Shown: positions 8,648-18,180 of the stretch, one piece after another
Position numbering within the stretch: position 1 is the first letter of the stretch
How the letters are laid out: every line of letters starts with the position of its first letter
Assembly (NCBI GenBank): GCA_009694865.1
Contig: SICD01000003.1
Span: 1 to 50,195 of the forward strand
Source of the DNA: Candidatus Magasanikiibacteriota bacterium
GTDB lineage: Bacteria > Patescibacteriota > Patescibacteriia > Magasanikbacterales > GWA2-37-8
Direction of reading: 5' to 3'
DNA: 50,195 bases
Program-made: the position numbers and the translations under genes
The notes under the pieces: model-generated
What the model was told of the DNA's origin: nothing
What the model saw: only the letters and a program-made list of their open reading frames with translations
The model's database searches: none

Positions 8648-8744
8648 AAGAGTATTAAAATGTTGTCGGAAATATCGGCGTTTATTTGGCCAAACGGGCC
8701 TCACCCTCCGTCCCCCTCCTTGAGGAGAGGGGAAAACACATCAT

Positions 8745-9473
8745 ATGAAATTAGACACTATCCTCCAAACCTTCGGCCTGAAACCAAAAGAAGCCGCTAT
8801 CTATTTGGCCACTTTAGAATTGGGTTCCGGGTCAGTCCAAAAAATTGCGAGCAAGGCCGGTGTGATTCGTTCTACTACCTACGAAGTACTCGAAGTACTG
8901 CGCGAAAAAAGTTTGGTTACCACATTTTTAAAAAAACACATTCGTTACTATAGCGCCGAGGATCCAAACCAGATAGTACATTTTGCCGAAAGCCGGGTCG
9001 CCACTCTTAAAGAAGCCCTACCCGAACTCAATGCCTTGGTAGGCAAAAATCGCCGCCGACCAACGGTGCGATTCTATGAGGGCAAGGAAGAAATGGGAAT
9101 TGTATTCAACGAAATCCTCACTGAGGCTGACACGCTTATTGGTCTTAGCTCCACCGACGATTTGTTCCGTGAAATGGGCGAGGTACATAAACATTTTTTA
9201 GCCAAGCGCATAGCCAAAAAAATCCCGCTACGCGTTATTTTGCGTGACACACCCTTTGGACGCGAACGCCAACGTAAAGGGCCCCAAGAATTACGCGATG
9301 CCAGACTGATGAGCGCGGAGCAATCGTTTCACGGGCAAATGTATACTTGGAAAAATAAATTTGCTCAATTCTCGTTTAAAGATGATTTTGTCGCGGTTGT
9401 TACCGAAAGCAAAGAATTAGCCGACATGCAACGCGCCTTGTTTGAAAATTTGTGGGCCCTGCTACCTCGTTGA
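8745..9473 (+). CDS. TrmB-family HTH transcriptional regulator
   Basis: GLKPKEAAIYLATLELG...RSTTYEVLEVLREKSLV...YSAEDP; PTVRFYEGKE linker typical of this family. Confidence 0.88.
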   Translation: MKLDTILQTFGLKPKEAAIYLATLELGSGSVQKIASKAGVIRSTTYEVLEVLREKSLVTTFLKKHIRYYSAEDPNQIVHFAESRVATLKEALPELNALVGKNRRRPTVRFYEGKEEMGIVFNEILTEADTLIGLSSTDDLFREMGEVHKHFLAKRIAKKIPLRVILRDTPFGRERQRKGPQELRDARLMSAEQSFHGQMYTWKNKFAQFSFKDDFVAVVTESKELADMQRALFENLWALLPR

Positions 9474-9498
9474 CACCTGCATTAATTACGGCTACAAT
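9470..9498 (+). promoter_or_regulatory. Sigma70 promoter
   Basis: TTGACA-17 nt-TACAAT overlapping the TrmB stop codon. Confidence 0.7.
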
Positions 9499-9500
9499 AA

Positions 9501-9536
9501 CGCAATCGCGTTTAGGATTTAGAAATTAGTGCTTAG
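9501..9536 (+). repeat. Direct repeat copy 1 (copy 2 at 10622-10657)
   Basis: 34/36 identical to 10622-10657. Confidence 0.9.
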
Positions 9537-9561
9537 TCTTTATTTTTTAATAAAATTATAT

Positions 9562-10605
9562 ATGGAAGAATTTACCATCAAAGGCCTGGCAAAAATCAAC
9601 AACGAACGTAACCCTCCTGCCACTGATGTGGCAGAAACAGATCCTAACTCTAGCCAAGAAACAGCCGACAATCAAGCGGGTGAAACACCAGAAACCACCT
9701 ATGAAGCAAAAACCGGCCAAAATTTATTAAATTTGGAATTAAAGGCGAGGGACGAAAAAAGACGCGGCGAATTTGCTTTCTCACTAGAACAATTCGCGCG
9801 CATGGGCGGTCAACAACTGGTTGATCTGTTTGGCGTTGAAAACGTGTCCGATGCCCTTGATTCTTTTACAATAGATTTAAAACGCGCCCGTGAACCAAGT
9901 CTGTTAGATTTAGTCAGAAAATTAGAACCGGACAAAACCAAACGATCAGAGATATATCAAACCATTACCAAGCAAGCTGAAGACGCCGCTACTGCGTTTC
10001 AGCCATGGACACGTACGGCTAGCCAAAACTATTCTGATGCCGCCCCTAGCCCCGGATTTGCGCACTCGATAAAAATGCACATGGAAGCTTGCCGCACCCT
10101 TGATTCTGTTCTCGGCAGCCTTGGCAATATCGGAGGCAAAATACTAGATACTTTGCCAATCGGGTTTAGAATTAAAGCTGAACATCAAGGCGGTATTGGG
10201 TTTTTAAAGGACACTCTAGAACAGGACGGCACTGCCAAAACCTTAGACGTCGCCATTTCTGAATTGCGTGGTGACATTGCTACGGATGAGAGAGGTCGCA
10301 TTTCTGAAGCAATCAGAATGTTAACCGAATTGAACGAATGCATCCAGCGCCAAGAGGAAATGATTGATACCGCCGCCTGGGAAACAATTCGCCCGTCGGT
10401 AGAAAACATTGGTAAACTTATGAAAGATTCGGCCGGTAGTGAGCTCGAAGAAAATATCAGTCTCAGCGTAGCCGAAAGCATGATGAAAGAATTAGCACAA
10501 TTACGCCAACTTACCAACAAACAAAAAAACACCGCTACCGCCGAATTACACGCTTTAAAACAACGCGCCGAAATGGTTGCGCGACCGTATCACGCTATTC
10601 CATAA
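9562..10605 (+). CDS. Hypothetical helical/coiled-coil protein
   Basis: Long ORF; ATG after an AT-rich leader; no recognisable motif. Confidence 0.75.
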   Translation: MEEFTIKGLAKINNERNPPATDVAETDPNSSQETADNQAGETPETTYEAKTGQNLLNLELKARDEKRRGEFAFSLEQFARMGGQQLVDLFGVENVSDALDSFTIDLKRAREPSLLDLVRKLEPDKTKRSEIYQTITKQAEDAATAFQPWTRTASQNYSDAAPSPGFAHSIKMHMEACRTLDSVLGSLGNIGGKILDTLPIGFRIKAEHQGGIGFLKDTLEQDGTAKTLDVAISELRGDIATDERGRISEAIRMLTELNECIQRQEEMIDTAAWETIRPSVENIGKLMKDSAGSELEENISLSVAESMMKELAQLRQLTNKQKNTATAELHALKQRAEMVARPYHAIP

Positions 10606-10621
10606 AAAATCGCCACACTAT

Positions 10622-10657
10622 CGCAATCACGTTTAGAATTTAGAAATTAGTGCTTAG
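10622..10657 (+). repeat. Direct repeat copy 2 (gmk leader)
   Basis: CGCAATCACGTTTAGAATTTAGAAATTAGTGCTTAG. Confidence 0.9.
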
Positions 10658-10670
10658 AAATTTTTAATAT

Positions 10671-11237
10671 ATGGGTCTCCTCGTTGTCATCTCCTCCCCC
10701 TCCGGCGGCGGCAAAGACGCGGTTATCAATGCTCTGCTTGAACGGTTTTCCAACTCCGCGCGCTTTGTCACCACCACCTCGCGTCCGCCCCGCCCCGGCA
10801 ACCAAGAAGGCGTGGATTATCATTTTATTACTTCTGAAGAATTTGCGGCCAAAATTAAGCACAGCGATTTTATTGAATATAATCTTTATGCCGGGCATTA
10901 TTATGGAACGGAGAAAAGCCGTTTAGATGAAGCTCTTGAACGTAACAAACTCGTCCTCACGCAAATTGAGGTGAATGGCAAACACAATCTCGACAAAGCG
11001 AATATCCCCCACTTGGCTGTTTTCCTCCTCCCCGAAAGTTTAAACGTTCTTCGCCACCGCATTGAAAAACGCGGCGGGGTATCCGAAACTGACCTCAAAG
11101 AACGCCTGGCGATTGCGGAAAAAGAAATTGCTGCCTCGGGCGACTATGACTACCGCATTGTGAACGCCGAAGACAAATTAGACGAAACCATTGAAAAAAT
11201 AGCGGAAATAATCAAATCTCATTTATCCGGAAACTAA
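10671..11237 (+). CDS. gmk: Guanylate kinase
   Basis: SSPSGGGKD P-loop, TTTSRPPRPG, GVDYHF, HYYGT. Confidence 0.95.
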   Translation: MGLLVVISSPSGGGKDAVINALLERFSNSARFVTTTSRPPRPGNQEGVDYHFITSEEFAAKIKHSDFIEYNLYAGHYYGTEKSRLDEALERNKLVLTQIEVNGKHNLDKANIPHLAVFLLPESLNVLRHRIEKRGGVSETDLKERLAIAEKEIAASGDYDYRIVNAEDKLDETIEKIAEIIKSHLSGN

Positions 11238-11241
11238 ACCC

Positions 11242-11270
11242 TTGACGGAAAGTAGGAAATAGGCTAGAAT
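11242..11270 (+). promoter_or_regulatory. Sigma70 promoter for rplS
   Basis: TTGACG-17 nt-TAGAAT. Confidence 0.7.
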
Positions 11271-11285
11271 AGGGCAGTTATTTTG

Positions 11286-11369
11286 GGATAATGCGAATGG
11301 CCTTGAGGCTCACGAATCTTGCGAATATATTAGCATCATTCGTGGCGCACGAGCGCATTCGCATTATCC
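11286..11369 (+). repeat. Long imperfect hairpin built of GCGAAT/ATTCGC units in the rplS leader
   Basis: GGATAATGCGAATG (11286-11299) pairs perfectly with CATTCGCATTATCC (11356-11369); inner CACGAAT/ATTCGTG. Confidence 0.75.
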
Positions 11370-11390
11370 AAATCCATTGTAATAAATTAT

Positions 11391-11738
11391 ATGTCTGACA
11401 CAAATAACCAAACCGCCGACCAAAAGCAAACTTATAAACCAGGAATGGTAGTGCGCGTGCACCAAAAAGTGAAAGAAACCAACACCAAAGGCGAAGAAAA
11501 AGAACGTATTCAAATTTTTGAAGGGTTGATTATTGCCGCCAAACACGGCTCTGAAATTGGTGCCACTATCACCGTGCGCAAGGAAAGCGACGGCGTTGGC
11601 GTGGAACGCATCTTCCCCTTACGTTCGCCCGTAATTGATAAAATTGAAATCGTCCGCCAGTTCCAAGTCCGCCGCGCTAAATTAAACTTCATTAAAAATA
11701 CCGACTTTAAACGCAAAATGAAGGAAGTGAAGAAATAG
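11391..11738 (+). CDS. rplS: 50S ribosomal protein L19
   Basis: PGMVVRVHQKVKE, ERIQIFEG, TITVRK, GVGVERIFPL, VRRAKL. Confidence 0.97.
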   Translation: MSDTNNQTADQKQTYKPGMVVRVHQKVKETNTKGEEKERIQIFEGLIIAAKHGSEIGATITVRKESDGVGVERIFPLRSPVIDKIEIVRQFQVRRAKLNFIKNTDFKRKMKEVKK

Positions 11739-11769
11739 ATTTAGACTGATGTGGCGAGGATTTAAACAG

Positions 11770-11806
11770 ATTATAAAATCCGAGTAGTAAGCTCGGATTT
11801 TATAAT
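11770..11806. terminator. Bidirectional terminator
   Basis: ATTATAAAATCCGAG-TAGTAAG-CTCGGATTTTATAAT between convergent genes. Confidence 0.8.
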
Positions 11807-11813
11807 TTTTTCA

Positions 11814-12242
11814 CTATTCTTTATTATGCCAAGCGCTTTTTATGGCCACTTCAACCTCACTCTTATCCACGACTGAAGTAAATTCATTTTCCTCTAAAAC
11901 CACACTCAATATTCTACCTATCTCAACTGCCTGAGGCGAACTAATCCATGTACTATAATCTTTTAACACTCCCATTGCTTTTGCCTTTTCACCTGCCGAC
12001 ACACTTTTCTTTGCCTCCTTAGATAGTTCATCGGCACCGTCTTTGTATTTTTCTACGGTCGGCAAATCGCTCAACATTTCTAAATATTTTTGGCCCTGTT
12101 CTGCCTCTTTGCCTCGTTCATACTGAGCGTGAAACTCACCGCCACCAAAAGCTCCAACTAACCCCAACATTAAAGCCAGTCGTTGGACGGCCGGTGGCAG
12201 CTTTTTCTTTTCAACATAACTTAAAACTTGCTCTTTGCTCAT
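11814..12242 (-). CDS. Hypothetical protein with N-terminal hydrophobic segment
   Basis: Start taken at ATG 12242 (MSKEQVL...); the upstream ORF extension merely reads through repeats. Confidence 0.65.
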   Translation of the reverse strand: MSKEQVLSYVEKKKLPPAVQRLALMLGLVGAFGGGEFHAQYERGKEAEQGQKYLEMLSDLPTVEKYKDGADELSKEAKKSVSAGEKAKAMGVLKDYSTWISSPQAVEIGRILSVVLEENEFTSVVDKSEVEVAIKSAWHNKE

Positions 12243-12387
12243 ATTTTGATTAATTAAAAATAAAAACTCCTTATCCAAATAGTACTCTCTCTCTCTCTGG
12301 ATTGCAAGCAAAGCCTGTGGACAAAAAAAACGCCCAAAGGGGCGTTGTGACAATGTGACAATGTAACAATTGGACGATTGAGCGGAC

Positions 12388-12427
12388 AGAGATTCCTCGT
12401 CGCCGCGAAGCTCGCTCGGAATGACAA
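12388..12427. mobile_element. Half copy of the GTCAT/ATGAC MITE-like element next to an 8-mer GTGACAAT array
   Basis: AGAGATTCCTCGTCGCCGCGAAGCTCGCTCGGAATGACAA; GTGACAAT GTGACAAT GTAACAAT at 12347-12370. Confidence 0.65.
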
Positions 12428-12435
12428 TTGAAAAA

Positions 12436-15249
12436 CTACAAATACCGTCCCGTCCAACTTTTTTTATTTTTCTTAATATCCGCCGGCGTGCCTTCAACCA
12501 CCACTTCCCCGCCTTTGGTTCCGCCCTCGGGACCTAAATCAATCACCCAATCGCTACAGCGAATCACATCGGTATTATGCTCAATAATCACCACCGAATT
12601 GCCTTTGCTCACTAACTGACGAAGCACGCGCATTAATCGCTTGGTATCTTCAAAGTGAAGTCCGGTGGTAGGCTCATCTAAAATATACAACGTCTTGCCG
12701 GTGGAGGCGCGGGATAATTCTTGCGCGAGTTTAATGCGCTGGGCTTCACCGCCCGAAATGGTCGTGGCCGGCTGGCCCAATTCCACGTAACCCAAACCAA
12801 CTTCACGCAAAACATTTAATTTATCGGCAATCGCCGGAAATTCACTAAAAAAACTGTGCGCTTCTTCCACCGTCATCTTTAACACATCGGCAATGTGTTT
12901 ATTATGATAGTGAATTTCCAGCGCCTCTTGATTGTAACGGAGCCCGCCGCATTCCACACATTCCACATACACATCAGACAAAAATTGCATGGGGATGCGT
13001 ACATAGCCTTCACCGGCGCAGGCCTCACATCGACCACCTTTAACATTAAAACTAAATTTGCCCGCGTCATACGCCCGCATGCGCGCTTCCGTTAGCGAAG
13101 CAAACACATCACGAATGAGCGTAAACACACCAGTGTAGGTCGCCGGGTTACTACGTGGCGTGCGCCCAATGGGGCTTTGATCAATCGCGATCACCTTATC
13201 AATATTACCCAGCCCCTTAATTGTTTTGTGGGCACCAGGCTCCTCTTTGGCGCGGTAAAAATATTTAGATAAAGCTTTGCCTAAAATATCAATAATAAGA
13301 GTCGATTTCCCCGATCCGGAAACACCCGTAATCGACACCAACTTGCCTAACGGAATTTCAACATCAATATTTTTTAAATTAAAAGCGCTGGCGCCAATAA
13401 TACTTATTGATTTGCCAAGTAATTTCTTGGCCGCGGATTTTTTGGGGTAGAGCTCACTTAAATCCGCCTCCCCAAATAAATAATCAGCGGTGAGGGAATG
13501 TTGGCCGTTAGGCGTTTTGCCTTTAGCGGCAATTTTTTTAAAATCAGCTAACGTACCGGCGGCCAACACCTCGCCGCCATATACTCCCGCCCCCGGACCA
13601 ATATCAATTAAATAATCAGCGGCCAGCATCATAGCCGGATCGTGTTCCACAACGATGACAGAATTGCCTAGATCGCGCAAATATTTAAGTGTGTCAATAA
13701 GCTGTTGGTTATCACGCGGATGAAGACCTACCGAGGGCTCATCTAAAACATAAATAACACCGGTCAAACCAGCCGATAACTGCGATGCCAACCGCACGCG
13801 CGTCACCTCGCCACCCGACAAGGTGTTCATCGAACGAATTAAACTCAAATACCCCAAACCAACTCGCTCCAAATTTTCTAAACGCGGAATAATTTCTTTA
13901 ATCACCGGCTCTATTACTTCTATCTTGTCACCTTTAATCTTGTTAAGCGCCATAAGGCATTCCGTAACGCTTAAGTTGGAAAGTTCGGCAATAGTAAACT
14001 CCCCCACCCGCACCGCCAAGGATTCCGTCCGAAGGCGCTTGCCCTGGCAAATAGGACAAATTTTTTCCCGCATGTATTGTTCAATTTCTTTACGAACGTA
14101 ATCGGACGTGGTATCCAAATGCTTTTGCATTAAGTCGGGAATCACTCCGGCGAAACTCACTTTCTTATTCTCAATTTGGTATTGCTCTTCACCACTGCCG
14201 TACAAAATAATATCCAAAGTTTTCGAGGGTAAATCGGCCACCGGAATATGTGTAGAAAACCCGTGCCGTTCCGCCACGGCGGCCAGCATTTTTTGGTATA
14301 AACTTTGGTTGCCGGTAATTCTCGTCCACGGCTGAATGGCCCCCTCGGCCAGCGTCAGGCGGTTATTCGGGATAACCAAATTAGGATCTACTTCCATGGT
14401 AACACCCAAACCTGTGCACCGCGGGCAGGCCCCGTAAGGGCTATTAAAACTAAAACTCCGCAAATCAAGCGCCGGCAAAGCTTTACCGCACCGCGAGCAC
14501 AAACCAACCGTAGCAAACATATAATTCACGTCATTCGCGGCAATCATCACGAGCCCATTCGTGAGCTCCAAGGCCACTTCAATATAGCGGGTCGGATCCT
14601 CCTTTTTAATATCGACAATTTTACCAATCAAAAGTTCCACCGTGTAGTTGGTTTCGGCGGCAAAATAAAAACTAGCAAAATCATTAATTTTAAGAAGTTC
14701 TCCGTCAACTCGCACCCACTCATAACCAGATTTCTCTACCGTCTCGAGGAGCGCTTTAGCATCAACTCTGGTACCGCGAACGAGCGGCGCGTAAATCAAC
14801 ATTTCCTTGGCCGCGCGCGCGAGTTCTCGCGCTTTAGCGCTAATCGCCCCCGCCGAATACACATCTACCGCCACATGGCAATCGGGGCAATGTTGCACTC
14901 CGGCGCGCGCGAATAACAATCGCAGATAATCATAAATCTCGGTCACCGTGCCCACCGTGGAGCGGGGGTTCTGCGTGGACATTTTTTGATCAATCGCGAT
15001 GGTGGGCGACAGCCCTTCCATCCCGTCAATATCCGGCTTATCGCGCACTTCCATAAACTGCCGTGCGTAACTGGACAGTGACTCGGCGTACCGCCGCTGG
15101 CCTTCCACATAAATAGTATCAAACGCCAAACTGGATTTGCCGGAACCGGACAAACCCGTTATCACGACCAATTTATGCTTAGGGATATCAATGGTAACGT
15201 TTTTTAAATTATGGACGCGAGCGCCCCGGATACGTAACCGATCGTGCAT
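12436..15249 (-). CDS. uvrA: Excinuclease ABC subunit A
   Basis: [67 protein letters not shown]. Confidence 0.98.
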   Translation of the reverse strand: MHDRLRIRGARVHNLKNVTIDIPKHKLVVITGLSGSGKSSLAFDTIYVEGQRRYAESLSSYARQFMEVRDKPDIDGMEGLSPTIAIDQKMSTQNPRSTVGTVTEIYDYLRLLFARAGVQHCPDCHVAVDVYSAGAISAKARELARAAKEMLIYAPLVRGTRVDAKALLETVEKSGYEWVRVDGELLKINDFASFYFAAETNYTVELLIGKIVDIKKEDPTRYIEVALELTNGLVMIAANDVNYMFATVGLCSRCGKALPALDLRSFSFNSPYGACPRCTGLGVTMEVDPNLVIPNNRLTLAEGAIQPWTRITGNQSLYQKMLAAVAERHGFSTHIPVADLPSKTLDIILYGSGEEQYQIENKKVSFAGVIPDLMQKHLDTTSDYVRKEIEQYMREKICPICQGKRLRTESLAVRVGEFTIAELSNLSVTECLMALNKIKGDKIEVIEPVIKEIIPRLENLERVGLGYLSLIRSMNTLSGGEVTRVRLASQLSAGLTGVIYVLDEPSVGLHPRDNQQLIDTLKYLRDLGNSVIVVEHDPAMMLAADYLIDIGPGAGVYGGEVLAAGTLADFKKIAAKGKTPNGQHSLTADYLFGEADLSELYPKKSAAKKLLGKSISIIGASAFNLKNIDVEIPLGKLVSITGVSGSGKSTLIIDILGKALSKYFYRAKEEPGAHKTIKGLGNIDKVIAIDQSPIGRTPRSNPATYTGVFTLIRDVFASLTEARMRAYDAGKFSFNVKGGRCEACAGEGYVRIPMQFLSDVYVECVECGGLRYNQEALEIHYHNKHIADVLKMTVEEAHSFFSEFPAIADKLNVLREVGLGYVELGQPATTISGGEAQRIKLAQELSRASTGKTLYILDEPTTGLHFEDTKRLMRVLRQLVSKGNSVVIIEHNTDVIRCSDWVIDLGPEGGTKGGEVVVEGTPADIKKNKKSWTGRYL

Positions 15250-15296
15250 ACTAAAAAATAACACTGGAGTAAGCAAAGTCGCAGTATACACTATAA

Positions 15297-16751
15297 TTAC
15301 TTCATAAGCAAGTCCCCGTATAAACTAGTGCGCTTCGCGTCGCAAGCCGCACCATCAACAGCGCCTGGACAATCGATATCATAAATATCAGAAGCGGCAA
15401 ACATATCAAGTCGCATGCCTTTCTTTGCGACATCAATGGGAATAAAATATTGTTGAGAAATATCTTTCGCCTTTTTCTTAAAAAATTCATCATCACCCAA
15501 ATCCTTGGCCCGATAATTGCCTCCGGCACTATCCCCCGCGTATCCTATCCAATGATTTTCATCCTTTGAATCACAATCTTCGTTCATTTCAAATTTAATC
15601 ACCATGCCCTTAGCCCCACCCGCGCCGCATTGATTTGCCGCGCTGTCAATCACCAAGCCAGATGCCACCGCATAGTAGTTTTGGAAATCAGACAACGTAT
15701 ACGTCTTGTTGTTCGCGGCTTTAACTTCATTCATGGAACCATCCTTACACGCTATCCATAATTCATGCTCACCATCGCTATGTTTAAATGCCGTATCGAC
15801 TATTTCGGGTGTTTCCCAACCTTCAGCACTAAACGGGCTGGCCACCGCCGCGAGACAACCAGAATCCGTAAATTTCTCATTAGTAATACGCCCAACAATA
15901 GCGGCTTGCAAACAGCCCTTATTACCAATCGTGCCATCATCATGTATCTCGGTACAAATATTTCCGCTTTGGCAGATATTGCCAAAACACGTTTGTTCCC
16001 CGCCATCTTTAACAAAAAACCTGCGCCCGCAGGCCATTTCTTTTTCCCAAACAGGTTTGTCCTTATTATTTACATTATAATTTAAGTTGCCTGGCAAGAC
16101 TGGCTTACTCACTTGATCCTCTTTTTCGGTTGCCAAAGCAAACTGAGTGGTTGAGGACGCTACCTCGCAAAATTGTGGCAACAAGGCTCCCGTGCGCACC
16201 ATAAACACCTGTGGCAAACGAAAACTAACCAAAGCCGGATTAAGGGAGCTTAAAATAAAGTACGACATGTAAGCCAAAAACAGCCCCATCATGGCGCCAG
16301 CAATCCGTTTTTTAGCGCTCGTAATCGCCTCACTGTTGCCGCCCGATGTTACCCACTGCATTCCCGCCACAATAATCATAGCGACCGCAATAATCGCTGC
16401 CACTCCAATGGCGTAGCGATACATAATTTGGATAAATGTTCCGACGTTGCTAAATTCGCGTTTGCCGCCAAAGGAAATTTCGGTAGTGGTTTTACCGGCC
16501 GGCAAACATTTTCCCCAGTCGGCTCCCGCGCACGGTTCTTCACCAGTTACAAAACCTTCTCTTTTATCTTTATCATTCTTCATGTCACTAGAATCTTTAC
16601 GCGTAAATTTAGCGCGTTCAGCGGCACAATCATCTTTTTTCCAACACAACGGGTTAAGCTCGGGTGGAATTTTAGTTGCTTGAGCCAACGCAAAAGTAGG
16701 AAACACAAAAAACGACAAACCAATCATTACCGCGAACAAAAAACTACGCAT
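15297..16751 (-). CDS. CPR-type pilin-domain (VirB2/TrbC-like) membrane protein with Cys-rich extracellular region
   Basis: Signal peptide; [18 protein letters not shown]...AKKRI..A..GL...SYFIL..LNPALV pilin motif; many Cys downstream. Confidence 0.8.
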   Translation of the reverse strand: MRSFLFAVMIGLSFFVFPTFALAQATKIPPELNPLCWKKDDCAAERAKFTRKDSSDMKNDKDKREGFVTGEEPCAGADWGKCLPAGKTTTEISFGGKREFSNVGTFIQIMYRYAIGVAAIIAVAMIIVAGMQWVTSGGNSEAITSAKKRIAGAMMGLFLAYMSYFILSSLNPALVSFRLPQVFMVRTGALLPQFCEVASSTTQFALATEKEDQVSKPVLPGNLNYNVNNKDKPVWEKEMACGRRFFVKDGGEQTCFGNICQSGNICTEIHDDGTIGNKGCLQAAIVGRITNEKFTDSGCLAAVASPFSAEGWETPEIVDTAFKHSDGEHELWIACKDGSMNEVKAANNKTYTLSDFQNYYAVASGLVIDSAANQCGAGGAKGMVIKFEMNEDCDSKDENHWIGYAGDSAGGNYRAKDLGDDEFFKKKAKDISQQYFIPIDVAKKGMRLDMFAASDIYDIDCPGAVDGAACDAKRTSLYGDLLMK

Positions 16752-16789
16752 AAAAATACATTTACTTTAAATTACGAACCACTCGTTTT

Positions 16790-16920
16790 TGTCATCCTGA
16801 GCGGAGCGAAGGATCTCTGGCTCACTCGTCAATATACATATAACGCCAGTAATTGATTGGTAAGCCAGAGATTCTTCCGGAGTTTACACTGAACGTAGTG
16901 AACGTGTCGTCAGAATGACA
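16790..16920. mobile_element. TGTCAT...ATGACA MITE-like element (intergenic)
   Basis: GTCATCCTGAGCGGAGCGAAGGATCTCTGGCT...AGCCAGAGATTCTT...CAGAATGAC. Confidence 0.85.
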
Positions 16921-16954
16921 ATTGGCGCGTTTCGTAATTCAAAGATATTCGTGC

Positions 16955-17701
16955 TTACTTCTCTGGCAAAATATTTTTCAAATACTCCTCCCACACATTC
17001 ATAGGTACTACTCCTTCCACTTTTTCGCCATTGACAAAAAAAGTTGGCGTGCCGCGCACCCCAAAACGCAGAGCGTCAAAATAATCGGCTTTCACCACCC
17101 GTTTCGCTTCTGGTGAGTTTAAGCAACTTTCTATTTTAATCTCATTCAAATTTGCCTGTTTGGCAAAATCGGAAATTTCTTGCGGAGTAAGAGTATCGGA
17201 AACTGTATCTTGCGAGGCATACAATAAATCGTGCACCGGCCAAAATTTGTCTTGGCGCGCGGCGCAAACAGCCAACTCGGCCAAACGGGTCGCGCCCGGG
17301 TGCGTGGATTCAACTGGAATATGCCGAATAATTAAACGAACCGTATAACCATGCTTGGCCAACAGTGCTTCCATAATTGGCGCGGCCGCCCGACAATTCG
17401 GGCATTTAAAATCCACAAATTCCACAATCGTTATGGGCGCGCCCGGCCGCCCCAAGGCCGGAGCAGTTGGCAACTCCAGCGCCACTCGATCGATGGCGCC
17501 GGCTTTAACGGTATTGCGGGAGAGCGAAGAAGTAAAATTATCCACAAATTTGTTACTAAGCCAAGCGCCGTTACCATGGCGAATTTGCCACCAATACCAA
17601 CCGGTAAAACCGCCCACTACCAACGCAATAATAACAACAAAAGCCGCGAGGCTTATTAAAACTACCCCCCACCAGCGTTGGTACCACTTTGACAAAGACA
17701 T
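16955..17701 (-). CDS. DsbA/BdbD-like thiol-disulfide oxidoreductase
   Basis: TM anchor; EFVDFKCPNC (CxxC) and GVRGTPTFFVNG. Confidence 0.92.
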   Translation of the reverse strand: MSLSKWYQRWWGVVLISLAAFVVIIALVVGGFTGWYWWQIRHGNGAWLSNKFVDNFTSSLSRNTVKAGAIDRVALELPTAPALGRPGAPITIVEFVDFKCPNCRAAAPIMEALLAKHGYTVRLIIRHIPVESTHPGATRLAELAVCAARQDKFWPVHDLLYASQDTVSDTLTPQEISDFAKQANLNEIKIESCLNSPEAKRVVKADYFDALRFGVRGTPTFFVNGEKVEGVVPMNVWEEYLKNILPEK

Positions 17702-17704
17702 AAT

Positions 17705-17818
17705 TCCAAAATTCAAATGTCAAATTTCAAATCAAATCCAAAGTTCAAAATTCAAAATTCAAATTTGACATTTGAGTTTTGGGCTTTATTTGACATTTGG
17801 CATTTGTCATTTGATATT
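17705..17818. repeat. Inverted CAAAT-type 7-mer arrays directly upstream of the dsbA start
   Basis: CAAAATTCAAATGTCAAATTTCAAATC... versus TTTGACATTTGGCATTTGTCATTTGATATT. Confidence 0.85.
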
Positions 17819-17872
17819 CCGATCTTATTATATCATAAAACCAAAAAATGCAACACGCGGGAGGCTCGAAAG

Positions 17873-17901
17873 TTGACAAAAGAAAGAAGCTGTGTTATAC
17901 T
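17873..17901 (+). promoter_or_regulatory. Sigma70 promoter for secG
   Basis: TTGACA-17 nt-TATACT with extended TG. Confidence 0.75.
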
Positions 17902-17921
17902 TATTTCTACCGTTAACCTCT

Positions 17922-18146
17922 ATGAAAGAAACCATTATCTCCGTTCTCCAACTTGTTACCGCGAGCCTATTAATTATCGTTATTTTACTCCAACAAAAAG
18001 GCGCTGGTCTCGGCGGTGTGTTTGGCGGTTCCAGCAACATCTATTCTACTAAACGCGGGGTAGATAAAATACTTCATTACGCCACTGTAGTTATCGCGAT
18101 TATTTTCTTTGGCTCCTCTATTCTGCGTCTCATCGTAGCGAACTAA
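17922..18146 (+). CDS. secG: Preprotein translocase subunit SecG
   Basis: ILLQQKGAGLGGVFGG...TKRGVDKIL; two TM segments. Confidence 0.95.
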   Translation: MKETIISVLQLVTASLLIIVILLQQKGAGLGGVFGGSSNIYSTKRGVDKILHYATVVIAIIFFGSSILRLIVAN

Positions 18147-18180
18147 CCCTCGCGTTTCTTCTCTTCACTCGTCTTCCTTC

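Noticed and set aside
12243-12497. N-terminal extension of the 11814 ORF
   Set aside because: It overlaps the uvrA end and translates repeat elements (VIPSELRGDEESL, IVTLS).
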